Source of the DNA: Candidatus Gastranaerophilales bacterium
GTDB lineage: Bacteria > Cyanobacteriota > Vampirovibrionia > Gastranaerophilales > Gastranaerophilaceae
Length of the DNA stretch: 64,000 nucleotides
NCBI GenBank assembly: GCA_944323725.1
Contig: CALUTP010000040.1
Span: forward strand, 7,041-71,040
Direction of reading: 5' to 3'
Shown: positions 39,539-49,150 of the stretch, piece after piece
Layout: each line of letters begins with the position of its first letter
Numbering within the stretch: position 1 is the stretch's first letter
Translations under genes and position numbers: made by a program
The notes under the pieces: generated by a model
Databases searched by the model: none
What the model saw: the letters and a program-made list of their open reading frames with translations, nothing else
Told to the model about the DNA's origin: nothing

Positions 39539-40906
39539 ATGTCAATAATCATAATGCTTTTACTTTTAAGTGTATTAATCCTTGTGCATGAAGCCGGTCA
39601 TTTTTTAGCGGCAAAAATGTTTAAAATGCGTGTAGCAAGGTTTGGATTTGGACTTCCAATAGGGCCAACTTTATGGGAAAAGCAGATTGGTGATTTAAAA
39701 ATTCTTATCCATGCATTTTTGCTAGGCGGCTATGTAGCATTTCCTGATGATGACAAGGAACTTGATTTACCCAAAGATTCCCCTGACAGGTTTATGAATC
39801 GTCCTATATACCAAAGATTTATTGTTGTGTCAGCCGGAGTATTTGCAAATGTTGTGTGTGCGTTTGTAATTGTAATTCTTGCAGCTTCACTATGGGGACA
39901 TATGCCATCTGGTAAATATGATGTCTTTGTCAAAGATATAGTTGCTTCAAAATCAGAATCTATATGGCAATCAGGCATACAAAAGGGCGATAAAATTATT
40001 TCGATAAATGGTATCCCAGTCACAACTAGCACAGCATTAATAACAATTTCTCAACTTAGTAAAGAAAAAGATAATAAAGCTGATGAAATTTTTATTAATG
40101 AAAATTATAATAAATTAAAAGCACTTAATCCTGCATTTACAAAAGAGGAAATTATTCCAAAAGATATTTTAGTAAAACTCCCTGATAGAACAACAGAATC
40201 TCCTGTTGTATTAAGTGAAAATGTATTAAAAGGATTAGAAAAATATCAAGATACTCAAATTCAGCTTTCGGATTCTCAAAAGACTTTGAGAGATAAACTT
40301 ACTGATAAAAAATATATAATTTCCGATGGAACATTTTCTTTAAATGATTTAGCTTATGCTCTTTCTGATAATAAACATCCGATATATTTAACTGTTATCA
40401 GAAATGGAAATAAAGTTGAATTATCCCCAATATATCCAAATTCAGAAGGGATCATGGGCTTGCAAATGGAAATCAAAGAAATTCTAATCCCTACAAAAAA
40501 TCCTAAATCAATAATTGTTACAAGCACAAAATATCTATGGGAACAGACTTCTATGCTTTTATATGGACTTTACCAGATATTTACAGGTAAAATTCCATTA
40601 AAAGACCTTCATGGAATAGTCGCAATAACTAAAGTTGGAGGAGATATTATAGAGACCAGTGGAATGTTCTCAGGATTACTTTTAACAGCTTTGATATCCC
40701 TTGATTTAGCAATTGTAAACTTCCTTCCAATACCAGCTTTAGATGGCGGCCATGTTTTATTCCTTTTAATAGAAAAATTAAGAGGAAGACCCCTAAATGA
40801 AGAAACTGTTGATAAAATTGGCACAGCAGGGTTTATGATATTAATACTGCTTATGATACTTGTAGTATTTAATGATATTTATGCCTTGATCACCCAAAAA
40901 TTATAA
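39539..40906 (+). CDS. rseP: RIP (site-2) zinc metalloprotease RseP family
   Basis: HEAGHFLAAK (HExxH), a central PDZ-like region, NFLPIPALDGGH, and multiple TM helices. Confidence 0.9.
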   Translation: MSIIIMLLLLSVLILVHEAGHFLAAKMFKMRVARFGFGLPIGPTLWEKQIGDLKILIHAFLLGGYVAFPDDDKELDLPKDSPDRFMNRPIYQRFIVVSAGVFANVVCAFVIVILAASLWGHMPSGKYDVFVKDIVASKSESIWQSGIQKGDKIISINGIPVTTSTALITISQLSKEKDNKADEIFINENYNKLKALNPAFTKEEIIPKDILVKLPDRTTESPVVLSENVLKGLEKYQDTQIQLSDSQKTLRDKLTDKKYIISDGTFSLNDLAYALSDNKHPIYLTVIRNGNKVELSPIYPNSEGIMGLQMEIKEILIPTKNPKSIIVTSTKYLWEQTSMLLYGLYQIFTGKIPLKDLHGIVAITKVGGDIIETSGMFSGLLLTALISLDLAIVNFLPIPALDGGHVLFLLIEKLRGRPLNEETVDKIGTAGFMILILLMILVVFNDIYALITQKL

Positions 40907-40961
40907 GTATTGCCGAATTTAAATAGATATGTTAAAATAAAAGCCAAGTTGTGGGGTGAAA

Positions 40962-41723
40962 ATGAATAAAAATAAAAAAGCTTTTACTCTTGCAGAAGTA
41001 TTGATTACAATAGGTATAATTGGTATTGTTGCAGCAATGACTATACCTGTAATTTTAGTTCAAAATAGAGAACGGGAAAATACTGCAAAATTGAAAAAAG
41101 CATACAGCTCTATGACACAAGCAATCATTAGAGCCACAATAGATTACGGAACACCCAATTTTTGGGTATTAACAGCAAAAGATAGCGAAGTGGGCGCAAA
41201 TAATATTGTTAAGATATTATCTCCGTATTTTAATATTAATAAAATATGTTCTGAAGATTTAAATTGTTGGCCTGATGTAACAACGAAAAAACTAAATCTT
41301 TCTTCAGATGATAATTTTAAAACAAATTCAAAATATGCAGGATTTACAACAAATGAGGGAACCCATTACGCTTTTAATATTGAAAGTCCTGATTGTTCAG
41401 CAGTATATGGAACAACAAAAGCATTAAAAAATGTTTGTGCGACATTAACAGTTGATGTAAATGGCAGTAAAAACCCTAATCAATTTGGATATGATATTTT
41501 TAAATTTTATCTTACAAAATATGGACTACAGCCATATGGACTGGAACCTGATACACAATATACATTTAAAGATAGTTGTAATATAAATAGTAATGGTTAT
41601 GGATGTACTGCATGGGTTATATTAAAATCAAACATGGATTATTTACATTGCAGTGATTTAGAATGGGATGGAAAAAACCGGTGTACCGGCTTTAAAAATT
41701 CTAAATATGACAATGATCTGTAA
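40962..41723 (+). CDS. prepilin-type N-terminal cleavage/methylation-domain protein (pilin-like, subfamily 1)
   Basis: MNKNKKAFTLAEVLITIGIIGIVAAMTIPV. C-terminal ...VDVNGSKNPNQFGYDIFKFY...NGYGCTAWVILKSNMDYLHCSDLEWDGKNRC parallels 30317-31051. The ORF track starts at GTG 40956. Confidence 0.85.
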   Translation: MNKNKKAFTLAEVLITIGIIGIVAAMTIPVILVQNRERENTAKLKKAYSSMTQAIIRATIDYGTPNFWVLTAKDSEVGANNIVKILSPYFNINKICSEDLNCWPDVTTKKLNLSSDDNFKTNSKYAGFTTNEGTHYAFNIESPDCSAVYGTTKALKNVCATLTVDVNGSKNPNQFGYDIFKFYLTKYGLQPYGLEPDTQYTFKDSCNINSNGYGCTAWVILKSNMDYLHCSDLEWDGKNRCTGFKNSKYDNDL

Positions 41724-41882
41724 TAAATTACCAAAAATTTTATAACTGTGTTATTATATTACCAGATATTCCTACTTTAATAATAATTTCAAGAAATATG
41801 GAACTTTTTTTACTAAAAGACATCTATGAAAATAGGCTTGAGCTTTATATGAGTTAGGGATAATTGGAGGAAAAACTAAAGA

Positions 41883-43103
41883 ATGAGAAATTTTATGAGA
41901 AGAAGCGTTATATTTTTAGGCGTATTTATATTTCTATTCGGCTGTGTAATTCGTAATAATGTAATGGCATACACACCTATAGATTTGTATGATCAAGTCT
42001 GGCGTTTAATTAATACAAAATTTGTAGATCAAACAAATAACTCTCAAGATTGGAGTAAATGGCGTCATAAGTATGATAATAAAATTGTAACTAATGAAGA
42101 TGCCTATGTTGCAATAAATACAATGATTGCAAGTCTAAATGACCCATATACAAAATTTCTAGATCCAAAAGAATTTGCAGAAGAAACAAGCTCAATTAAA
42201 GGGTCATTAAAGGGAATAGGTATCCAAATTGCAGTTAAAGATGGTAAACTAACAGTAATTGCCCCCATTGAAGATACTCCAGCTGAAAAAGCCGGATTAA
42301 AAGCTGATGATGAAATTCTTGAAATTGATGGCAAAAGTACAAAAGGAATTACTGTAGATAAAGCTGCCGACCAAATTAGAGGGAAAGAAGGTACTCAGGT
42401 TACTTTACTTATTAAACGTAAAGATAATGAACCTAAATTATATACAATTACTCGAGCAGAAATTGAAATAAAATCTATTTCTCAAAAAATTCCTGAAAAT
42501 ATAAAAATGCCTGACGATATCTCATATATCAGGTTAAGTTCATTTATAAGTAGAAATGCAGCAGGCGAATTCAGGAGCATACTTGAAAATAGCGTAGGGA
42601 AAAAAGGGTTTATTATTGACCTTCGGTCAAATCCAGGAGGTTTATTGAGTAACGCAATTTATATATCAGATATGTTTCTCGATGGCGGAATTATTGTAAG
42701 TACAGTTGACCGTGATGGATACAAAGAAACTCAAAGAGCTACAAAAGGATATGTAACTAATAAACCTGTTGTAGTATTGATAAATAAAGGTTCTGCATCT
42801 GCAAGTGAGATATTTTCAGGTGCAATGAAAGATAACAGAAGAGCTGTAATTATAGGAGAACAATCATTTGGAAAAGGACTTGTTCAGGAAATCAATAAAC
42901 TTCCATATGAAGCAGGTATAAATATTACAATACAAAAATATCTCACACCAAATGGAACAGATATTAATAAAAAAGGAATTACACCCGATATTGTAGTAAA
43001 ATTAACAGAAGAAAACGTTAAAAATAAAGATGATGTTCAATTGAAAAAAGCAATTGAAATTCTTCAAAAAATGACAAGCGGGCAGGAAATTGCAAATTAT
43101 TAA
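41883..43103 (+). CDS. carboxyl-terminal processing protease (S41 family)
   Basis: Signal/TM N-terminus, a PDZ domain (GLKADDEILEIDG), and RSNPGGLL, GSASASEIF and FGKGLVQ catalytic Ser/Lys contexts. Confidence 0.9.
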   Translation: MRNFMRRSVIFLGVFIFLFGCVIRNNVMAYTPIDLYDQVWRLINTKFVDQTNNSQDWSKWRHKYDNKIVTNEDAYVAINTMIASLNDPYTKFLDPKEFAEETSSIKGSLKGIGIQIAVKDGKLTVIAPIEDTPAEKAGLKADDEILEIDGKSTKGITVDKAADQIRGKEGTQVTLLIKRKDNEPKLYTITRAEIEIKSISQKIPENIKMPDDISYIRLSSFISRNAAGEFRSILENSVGKKGFIIDLRSNPGGLLSNAIYISDMFLDGGIIVSTVDRDGYKETQRATKGYVTNKPVVVLINKGSASASEIFSGAMKDNRRAVIIGEQSFGKGLVQEINKLPYEAGINITIQKYLTPNGTDINKKGITPDIVVKLTEENVKNKDDVQLKKAIEILQKMTSGQEIANY

Positions 43104-43112
43104 AAAAAAATC

Positions 43113-43145
43113 AAAAGGCTTCTGATACTAGAAGCCTTTTTTATA
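43113..43145 (+). terminator. rho-independent terminator
   Basis: AAGGCTTCT-GATACT-AGAAGCCTT followed by T5+. Confidence 0.8.
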
Positions 43146-43162
43146 TGCTATAATAAAAAAAA

Positions 43163-44821
43163 ATGAATGATAATTTAAAACAGACATTAAAACTTCTACC
43201 ATCATTACCAGGTTGTTATATTTATTACAACAATGATAATGAAATAATTTATGTTGGAAAAGCAAAAATTCTGAAACGCCGAGTAATGAGTTATTTTAAC
43301 AAAAAACACTACGATAGTGTGAAAGTTCAAGTACTTGTTTCTCAAATTGAGCGTATGGAATATATTATTACAAACACTGAAGTAGAAGCACTTATTTTAG
43401 AAAGCCATTTGATAAAAAAACATAAACCGAAATATAATATTCTTTTAAAAGATGATAAAAAATACCCATATTTTCTAATTACCGACGAGGATTTTCCACG
43501 AATAACTGTTGTAAGAAAGAAAAATATGAATCCTGAAAAAGGACGATATTATGGTCCTTATACTGATGTAAGGGCAATGTATTCAACTTTAGATTTTTTA
43601 AAGAAGATTTTCCCTCTAAAACAGTGTAAGACTCCAAAATTTAAAGATAGGCCGTGTCTATACTACCAAATAGGCAGATGTATGGCACCTTGTCAGAATA
43701 AGGTAACAAGCGAAGAATACAAACAACTAGTTCAGCAAGCAGAGCTTTTCCTTGCAGGTAAACAGTCAGAATTAATGAGTCAGCTAAAAACCCAAATGGA
43801 AAAATATGCTGAATCTGAACAATTTGAAAAAGCCGCAAGATTACGTGACAGTTATATAGATTTAAAAAAGACACTCGAAAAACAAAAAGTCGTTTATGAA
43901 AATACAAAATTAAATGAAGATATCATATCATTACTTTCTGAAGATGGAATATTTGCTATTGTAATTCTTATGATAAGAGAAGGAAGACTTATTGACAAAA
44001 AAGACTTCATCTATGAAGTTGAAGAAGAAGACAAAACAGAATTTTTTGCAACATTCTTTAAAGAATACTATAATACACTAGCCCTTGAATTTCCTGATAG
44101 AATTGTCTCAAATGAACTTGAAAATATAGGAGAAAAATCACTCTATGAAGAATGGTTAAACATAATTTCTGGTAAAAAAGTTAAAATAAGTTATGGTAAA
44201 TCTGCTCAAGGTAAAGAATTACAAATGCTTGCAGACAAAAATGCTCGTGTATTATTAGATAATGCTAAAATCAAAAAAATGGTCAAAATAAATGAAGACT
44301 TCAATGAAATAGGAGCATACCTCGCTGAAAAACTTAATTTAAAAAACTTTCCGCATCGTATGGAATGCTATGATATTTCGCATATACAAGGAACAAATAC
44401 CGTAGCATCAATGGTAGTATTTATAAACGGTCTTCCAAAAAAGACAGAATATAGAAAATTTAAAGTTAAGACAACTGAAGGAAAACCTGATGACTTTCAA
44501 TCAATGAAAGAAGTCCTTACTCGAAGAATATCCCATCTTGGTGAAAAAAAATGGGAAAAACCAGACTTAATTATAATAGATGGTGGTAAAGGCCAATTAT
44601 CAAGTGTTATGGAAATTATTGAGGGGTTAGGCATTAAAAATATAGATGTTGTAAGCTTAGCAAAACGTAATGAGGAAGTATTTTTACCAAATAAATCAGA
44701 ACCGATTATTCTGCCAAGAGATTCTGGCGCATTATTTTTATTTCAAAGGATTAGAGATGAAGCTCATAGATTTGCAATAACATATCATAGAGATTTACGT
44801 TCTAAAACAATAAAAAAATAA
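43163..44821 (+). CDS. uvrC: excinuclease ABC subunit C (apparently lacking the C-terminal (HhH)2 domain)
   Basis: GIY-YIG N-terminus (GCYIYYNNDNEIIYVGKAKILKRRV), a UVR domain (FEKAARLRD), CYDISH and DGGKGQL. The protein ends 8 aa after EAHRFAITYHR. Confidence 0.9.
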   Translation: MNDNLKQTLKLLPSLPGCYIYYNNDNEIIYVGKAKILKRRVMSYFNKKHYDSVKVQVLVSQIERMEYIITNTEVEALILESHLIKKHKPKYNILLKDDKKYPYFLITDEDFPRITVVRKKNMNPEKGRYYGPYTDVRAMYSTLDFLKKIFPLKQCKTPKFKDRPCLYYQIGRCMAPCQNKVTSEEYKQLVQQAELFLAGKQSELMSQLKTQMEKYAESEQFEKAARLRDSYIDLKKTLEKQKVVYENTKLNEDIISLLSEDGIFAIVILMIREGRLIDKKDFIYEVEEEDKTEFFATFFKEYYNTLALEFPDRIVSNELENIGEKSLYEEWLNIISGKKVKISYGKSAQGKELQMLADKNARVLLDNAKIKKMVKINEDFNEIGAYLAEKLNLKNFPHRMECYDISHIQGTNTVASMVVFINGLPKKTEYRKFKVKTTEGKPDDFQSMKEVLTRRISHLGEKKWEKPDLIIIDGGKGQLSSVMEIIEGLGIKNIDVVSLAKRNEEVFLPNKSEPIILPRDSGALFLFQRIRDEAHRFAITYHRDLRSKTIKK

Positions 44822-44833
44822 TAAATAGAAATT

Positions 44834-45178
44834 TTATTCTTTTACATCCGTAATTTTACCCCTGTTATCAATTCTTCTTTTCCAGCATTCTTTAAAATGA
44901 GCAGATGTATTCGGCTTATTAAGCCATCTTTGAATATATCTCTCATACAAACCAAGAGAACCCTCCATTTTTTCAAGTGTATTAATATTATATATAGCTT
45001 CTGACATTCCTATAGTAATCTTTACATGGGGGGTAGGCTCTTCAACTACATCCATAGAAAGCTTTAAATTATTAACTTTTTCCGGCTTAAAATCTCTATC
45101 GCCAGAATTTGCCATAATAATTAATTTTTTTAAATCTTCTCCTAACTGGTTTAATGACTTCCCCATACAAAACTCCAT
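44834..45178 (-). CDS. hypothetical protein (114 aa; weak DUF4160-like impression)
   Basis: ORF only. ...PTPHVKITIGMSEAIYNINTLEKMEGSL...IQRWL loosely resembles the DUF4160 pattern. The likely start is MGKSLNQ at 45166. Confidence 0.4.
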   Translation of the reverse strand: MEFCMGKSLNQLGEDLKKLIIMANSGDRDFKPEKVNNLKLSMDVVEEPTPHVKITIGMSEAIYNINTLEKMEGSLGLYERYIQRWLNKPNTSAHFKECWKRRIDNRGKITDVKE

Positions 45179-45185
45179 TATTAAC

Positions 45186-46553
45186 TTAATTATTTAAACT
45201 ATGAATTGGTGCAGGAATCCTTCCTCCACGACATACAAATCCACTTGAAGAAAGTTTATTGACAGACATAATAGGAGCTTCTCCTAGTAGACCTCCAAAT
45301 ATAACTTTATCACCCACACCTTTACCTATAGCAGGAATTATTCTTACAGCAGTCGTTTTTTTATTTATCATTCCTATTGCCATTTCATCAGCAATTATCC
45401 CAGCTATAGTAGTATTAGGAGTATCTCCCGGTATTGCAACCATATCAAGTCCAACAGAGCACACACAGGTCATTGCTTCTAACTTATCAAAAGTTAAATA
45501 GCCACTTGCTGCAGCCTCAATCATTCCAGCATCTTCAGAGACAGGAATAAATGCTCCAGAAAGCCCTCCTACATGAGAACTTGCCATAATTCCACCTTTT
45601 TTTACAGCATCATTAAGCATAGCAAGTGCAGCAGTAGTACCATGTGCCCCAGCATGTTCTAGTCCCATTGCCTGAAATATTCCAGCTACACTATCTCCTT
45701 CAGCTGGAGTAGGAGCAAGGGATAAATCAATTATTCCAAACGGAATTTCTAATCTTTTTGCTAACTTTCTTCCTACTAATTCTCCTGTAGAAGTAATCTT
45801 ATAAGCAATTTGTTTAATTTTATTAGCTAGCTGACTTAAATCAGCATCTTTTGGCAGGGCTTCAATTGCTGCTCTTACTACTCCTGGACCTGAAACTCCA
45901 ACATTTAAAGCACATTCTGGTTCTCCAATCCCGCAAAATGCACCTGCCATAAAAGGATTATCACTTGCTGAATTACAGAAACAAACAAGTTTTGCTGCGC
46001 CAAGTCCATCTTTATCTTTTGTAAGCTCTGCTGCTTTTTTAATTATATCAGCCATTTTTAAAACAGCATCCATATTTATACCTGCTTTTGAAGAAGCCAA
46101 ATTTATCGAAGAACAAAGTCTTTCTGTTTGAGCTAATGCTTCTGGAATACTATCAATCAAAAGATTATCACCTTTTGTACAACCTTTTTCTACCAGAGCT
46201 GAAAAACCTCCAATAAAATTTACTCCTACGTCTTTTGCAGCTTTATCTAAGGTTTTCGCTATTTTTACATAATCCGGATTTTTACAAGATTCTCCAACCA
46301 AAGAAATCGGAGTCACAGAAATTCTTTTATTAATTATAGGTATTGAATATTCGTTTTCTAAATCATTTGCATATTCAACAAGATTTTTTGCATAATGTTT
46401 AATTTTATTATAAATATTTTCACATACAATATCAACATCACTATCCATACAATCTCGAAGACTAATTGCCATAGTTACAGTCCTGATGTCAAGATTGTAT
46501 AATTTAATCATATTAATAGTTTCTAAAATAAGATTTTCGTTAATCACCGCCAA
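45186..46553 (-). CDS. UPF0210/DUF711 (PFL-like) family protein
   Basis: 455 aa. The N-terminus [27 protein letters not shown] and Gly-rich core are typical of the conserved UPF0210 family as I recall it. Confidence 0.8.
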   Translation of the reverse strand: MAVINENLILETINMIKLYNLDIRTVTMAISLRDCMDSDVDIVCENIYNKIKHYAKNLVEYANDLENEYSIPIINKRISVTPISLVGESCKNPDYVKIAKTLDKAAKDVGVNFIGGFSALVEKGCTKGDNLLIDSIPEALAQTERLCSSINLASSKAGINMDAVLKMADIIKKAAELTKDKDGLGAAKLVCFCNSASDNPFMAGAFCGIGEPECALNVGVSGPGVVRAAIEALPKDADLSQLANKIKQIAYKITSTGELVGRKLAKRLEIPFGIIDLSLAPTPAEGDSVAGIFQAMGLEHAGAHGTTAALAMLNDAVKKGGIMASSHVGGLSGAFIPVSEDAGMIEAAASGYLTFDKLEAMTCVCSVGLDMVAIPGDTPNTTIAGIIADEMAIGMINKKTTAVRIIPAIGKGVGDKVIFGGLLGEAPIMSVNKLSSSGFVCRGGRIPAPIHSLNN

Positions 46554-47241
46554 AATTTAACCCAAACATTCTTGAAATGCTCTTTGCCTTTACTCTTAAT
46601 TTTAATTCTACACGACGGCTTTTTGCATAATCTTCCTTCCCGTCAGCCGTTAAAACAGGTTCAGAAAAACTTCTACCCTCTACAACTATCATTTTTCTAA
46701 ACTTTTCGCTGTATATAGGGTTATATTTCGTCTTTAGCATATAATTCTCAACAGCATTAGCCCTCAATAAGCTTAATTCCATATTTTTACTAAACTGTTC
46801 ATCAATTGTTTTTAAACCCTTAAACATTTGAGAATCCGTATGTCCTTGAACAACAATATTAACAACATTTTCATATAATGCAGGGTTAGAATAAATTGTA
46901 TCAATATAAATAGGAACAAATTTGTCCAAATATTTTTTTCCTTTATCAGAAAGTGTATAACTTCCAACATCAAAAAGTTCAAGTTCTGAAATTTTTACAT
47001 TACCCGTCAATTTATCAACTTCTGCATCAATATTTGCTTCTTGTAACCTATCTGCTAATTGTTCTGAGGCTTTCATTTGATTTTGCTGTAATTCAACAGT
47101 TTCTTGAGTAAATCCGGTCATCGCGAGAACAAATAGTGTCATGAAGATAATCGCCAAACCCAAAAGCAAGTCTGACATTGTTGTCCAGAATATATTATCA
47201 TTACCTTCTTCTATAGCTGATTTCTTACCGTAAATACCCAC
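46540..47241 (-). CDS. MotB/OmpA-family stator-like protein
   Basis: N-terminal [22 protein letters not shown] (a MotB-type TM helix with a conserved Asp). C-terminal OmpA-like peptidoglycan-binding domain (VVQGHTDS...LSLLRANAV...SRRVELKL). Its 3' end overlaps the UPF0210 start by 14 nt. Confidence 0.8.
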   Translation of the reverse strand: MGIYGKKSAIEEGNDNIFWTTMSDLLLGLAIIFMTLFVLAMTGFTQETVELQQNQMKASEQLADRLQEANIDAEVDKLTGNVKISELELFDVGSYTLSDKGKKYLDKFVPIYIDTIYSNPALYENVVNIVVQGHTDSQMFKGLKTIDEQFSKNMELSLLRANAVENYMLKTKYNPIYSEKFRKMIVVEGRSFSEPVLTADGKEDYAKSRRVELKLRVKAKSISRMFGLNFGGD

Positions 47242-47256
47242 CTTTTAAGCTCTCCG

Positions 47257-48165
47257 TTAAAATAATTCATCTACTGCATCAGATTTACTAGCTTTTGCAA
47301 CCTCTTTCATCTGTTTATTCATTAGATTCATACCAAAAATAAGATTTTCCAAATATGGAACAAGATTTCCTGCAATACCTGAATTAAGCGCTATTTTAAA
47401 ATCATTAGGCAATGCTGCTATAATATGCTGCATTGCATTATTTTGAATTTTAGTTTCTCTTAAAAGCTCAAATAAGAATTTTTCAGAAGAAATATTATCA
47501 AATAATTTTGCAATAACATCCTGTACTTTAGCAAGAGGCTTTTTACATAAAAGACTATACGCTATTTTTTCATAAATAATGAATATCAAAGAAGAACCTA
47601 CCGCAAATACTGATACTAGTGCTGCAATTTGCATGGAACTCATCAATTGAGCAACAGATGCAATCGTTCTTTCTTGTGATGAAAAATCTATTTTACCAAA
47701 TGCAATTGCAATGTTTAAAAATGTAAATAATGGTCCGAAACCTGTCAAAATTGTTGATACAGATTGCATAAATTTATAATTAAACTTAGAAGTTACCAGC
47801 GATTCCTCATTAAAAAAGTATAATGGATCTACTGTTGTTTGAATATTTTGAACAGTTGTAGATACTTCCTTATATGTAAGATTATTATTTTGACCTTTTA
47901 AAGCAACTGATTCAGAAAATACAAGGGTATTTTTGAATTCCATCCATGTATTAGCTACATATGGATTCATCATCATCCATTCATCGATTTCTTTAAAACG
48001 ATAATTTAAATCATTTTTCTTAAAATTTTTAAAAAATGCAAGAAGAATATTTAGATTTTTATTTACAAACTTATACTTAACTACGCAAAAAACAAGTGAA
48101 GATACAAATGTAAATAATACGATCAGAATCGGAATATCCGTAAATATATGTATTAACATTCTCAT
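47257..48165 (-). CDS. MotA/TolQ/ExbB-like proton-channel family membrane protein (divergent)
   Basis: Three-TM topology: N-terminal IPILIVLFTFVSSLVFCVV, then ILTGFGPLFTFLNIAIAF and IAALVSVFAVGSSLIFIIY. It sits immediately upstream of the MotB-like gene. The assignment rests mainly on topology and gene pairing. Confidence 0.5.
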   Translation of the reverse strand: MRMLIHIFTDIPILIVLFTFVSSLVFCVVKYKFVNKNLNILLAFFKNFKKNDLNYRFKEIDEWMMMNPYVANTWMEFKNTLVFSESVALKGQNNNLTYKEVSTTVQNIQTTVDPLYFFNEESLVTSKFNYKFMQSVSTILTGFGPLFTFLNIAIAFGKIDFSSQERTIASVAQLMSSMQIAALVSVFAVGSSLIFIIYEKIAYSLLCKKPLAKVQDVIAKLFDNISSEKFLFELLRETKIQNNAMQHIIAALPNDFKIALNSGIAGNLVPYLENLIFGMNLMNKQMKEVAKASKSDAVDELF

Positions 48166-48361
48166 AAAGCAAAAATCTCCATTCTAAGTAAAATTGTACC
48201 ATAGATTGACTTAATAGGCAAATATTAAGCATAATTCAATAATTTCTCATCTATTTGATGTATATTTAAACAATTTAAATAAAGGTAATATTTTCTTTTC
48301 CGATATATCAAATATAGATATGAAAAACGAAAGTTTTTCATACCTCCTCCCCAAGTCTGGT

Positions 48362-48393
48362 AGCCGTTCTTATTCTAAGACGGCTTTTTTTTT
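48362..48393 (+). terminator. rho-independent terminator-like hairpin in the leader of the HK gene
   Basis: AGCCGT-TCTTATTCTAAG-ACGGCT followed by a T9 run. There is no plus-strand CDS upstream. Confidence 0.6.
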
Positions 48394-48418
48394 GCTAAAA
48401 ATCTGCTATAATAGATAT

Positions 48419-49150
48419 ATGAATAATATTGAAAAAAATTATGAAGATTTTATATCAACAGTAAGTCATGAATTAAGAACACCTTTAACTTCTATTAGAG
48501 GCTTTTCTCAGACTATGCTGACTTCATGGGATAAACTCGACGATGAAAGCAAAAAAAAGTTCTTAAAAATAATTGAAGAACAATCCAATAGACTTATTAA
48601 ACTTGTAGAAAATATGCTTTCAGTAACTAAACTAAACTGCACTGAAAAAGGTTTAATTTATAAAGAAACTGATATTGCTCCGTTAATAAATACAGTTGTA
48701 TCCATCTTAAAAAATCAATATAAAAACCATAAATTTGAAATTGACATAAATGCAAAAACTCCTACAATATTAGTTGACAGAGATAAATTTCAGCAAATAA
48801 TGACAAATTTAATAGAAAACGCAGCAAAATATTCAGATGAAAATTCAACAATAAAAATCACATCAGGATATTGTGATAATTGTGAATTTGTATCAATAAA
48901 GGTTAGTGACAGAGGAATAGGAATAAAAGAAGAAGATTACGAAAAAATATTCACAAAATTTTCGAGGATAGACAACCCACTTACAAGAAAAGTACAAGGA
49001 AGCGGATTAGGACTTTATATTACCAAAAATTTAATAGAAAAAATGGGAGGAACTATCTCAGTAAATTCTCACAACAAAGAAACAACATTCGAAGTAAAAC
49101 TTCCTGCATATAATCCAGAAAATCAAGCGAGGGTAAAATGCAGACAGTAA
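48419..49150 (+). CDS. soluble histidine kinase (HisKA + HATPase_c only)
   Basis: FISTVSHELRTPLTSI H-box, NLIENAAKY N-box, DRGIGI and GSGLGLYI G-boxes. The alternative start at 48320 would include two strong hairpins, so I prefer ATG 48419, although no SD is visible there. Confidence 0.8.
   Translation: MNNIEKNYEDFISTVSHELRTPLTSIRGFSQTMLTSWDKLDDESKKKFLKIIEEQSNRLIKLVENMLSVTKLNCTEKGLIYKETDIAPLINTVVSILKNQYKNHKFEIDINAKTPTILVDRDKFQQIMTNLIENAAKYSDENSTIKITSGYCDNCEFVSIKVSDRGIGIKEEDYEKIFTKFSRIDNPLTRKVQGSGLGLYITKNLIEKMGGTISVNSHNKETTFEVKLPAYNPENQARVKCRQ

Noticed and set aside
46540-48165. Possibility that the MotA/MotB-like pair is a Zorya (ZorAB) anti-phage system
   Set aside because: The MotA-like protein is only 302 aa and lacks the long C-terminal tail typical of ZorA. 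No ZorC/ZorD/ZorE-like (helicase or nuclease) genes are adjacent. The neighbours are UPF0210 and a kinase operon. It is kept only as an orphan stator finding.
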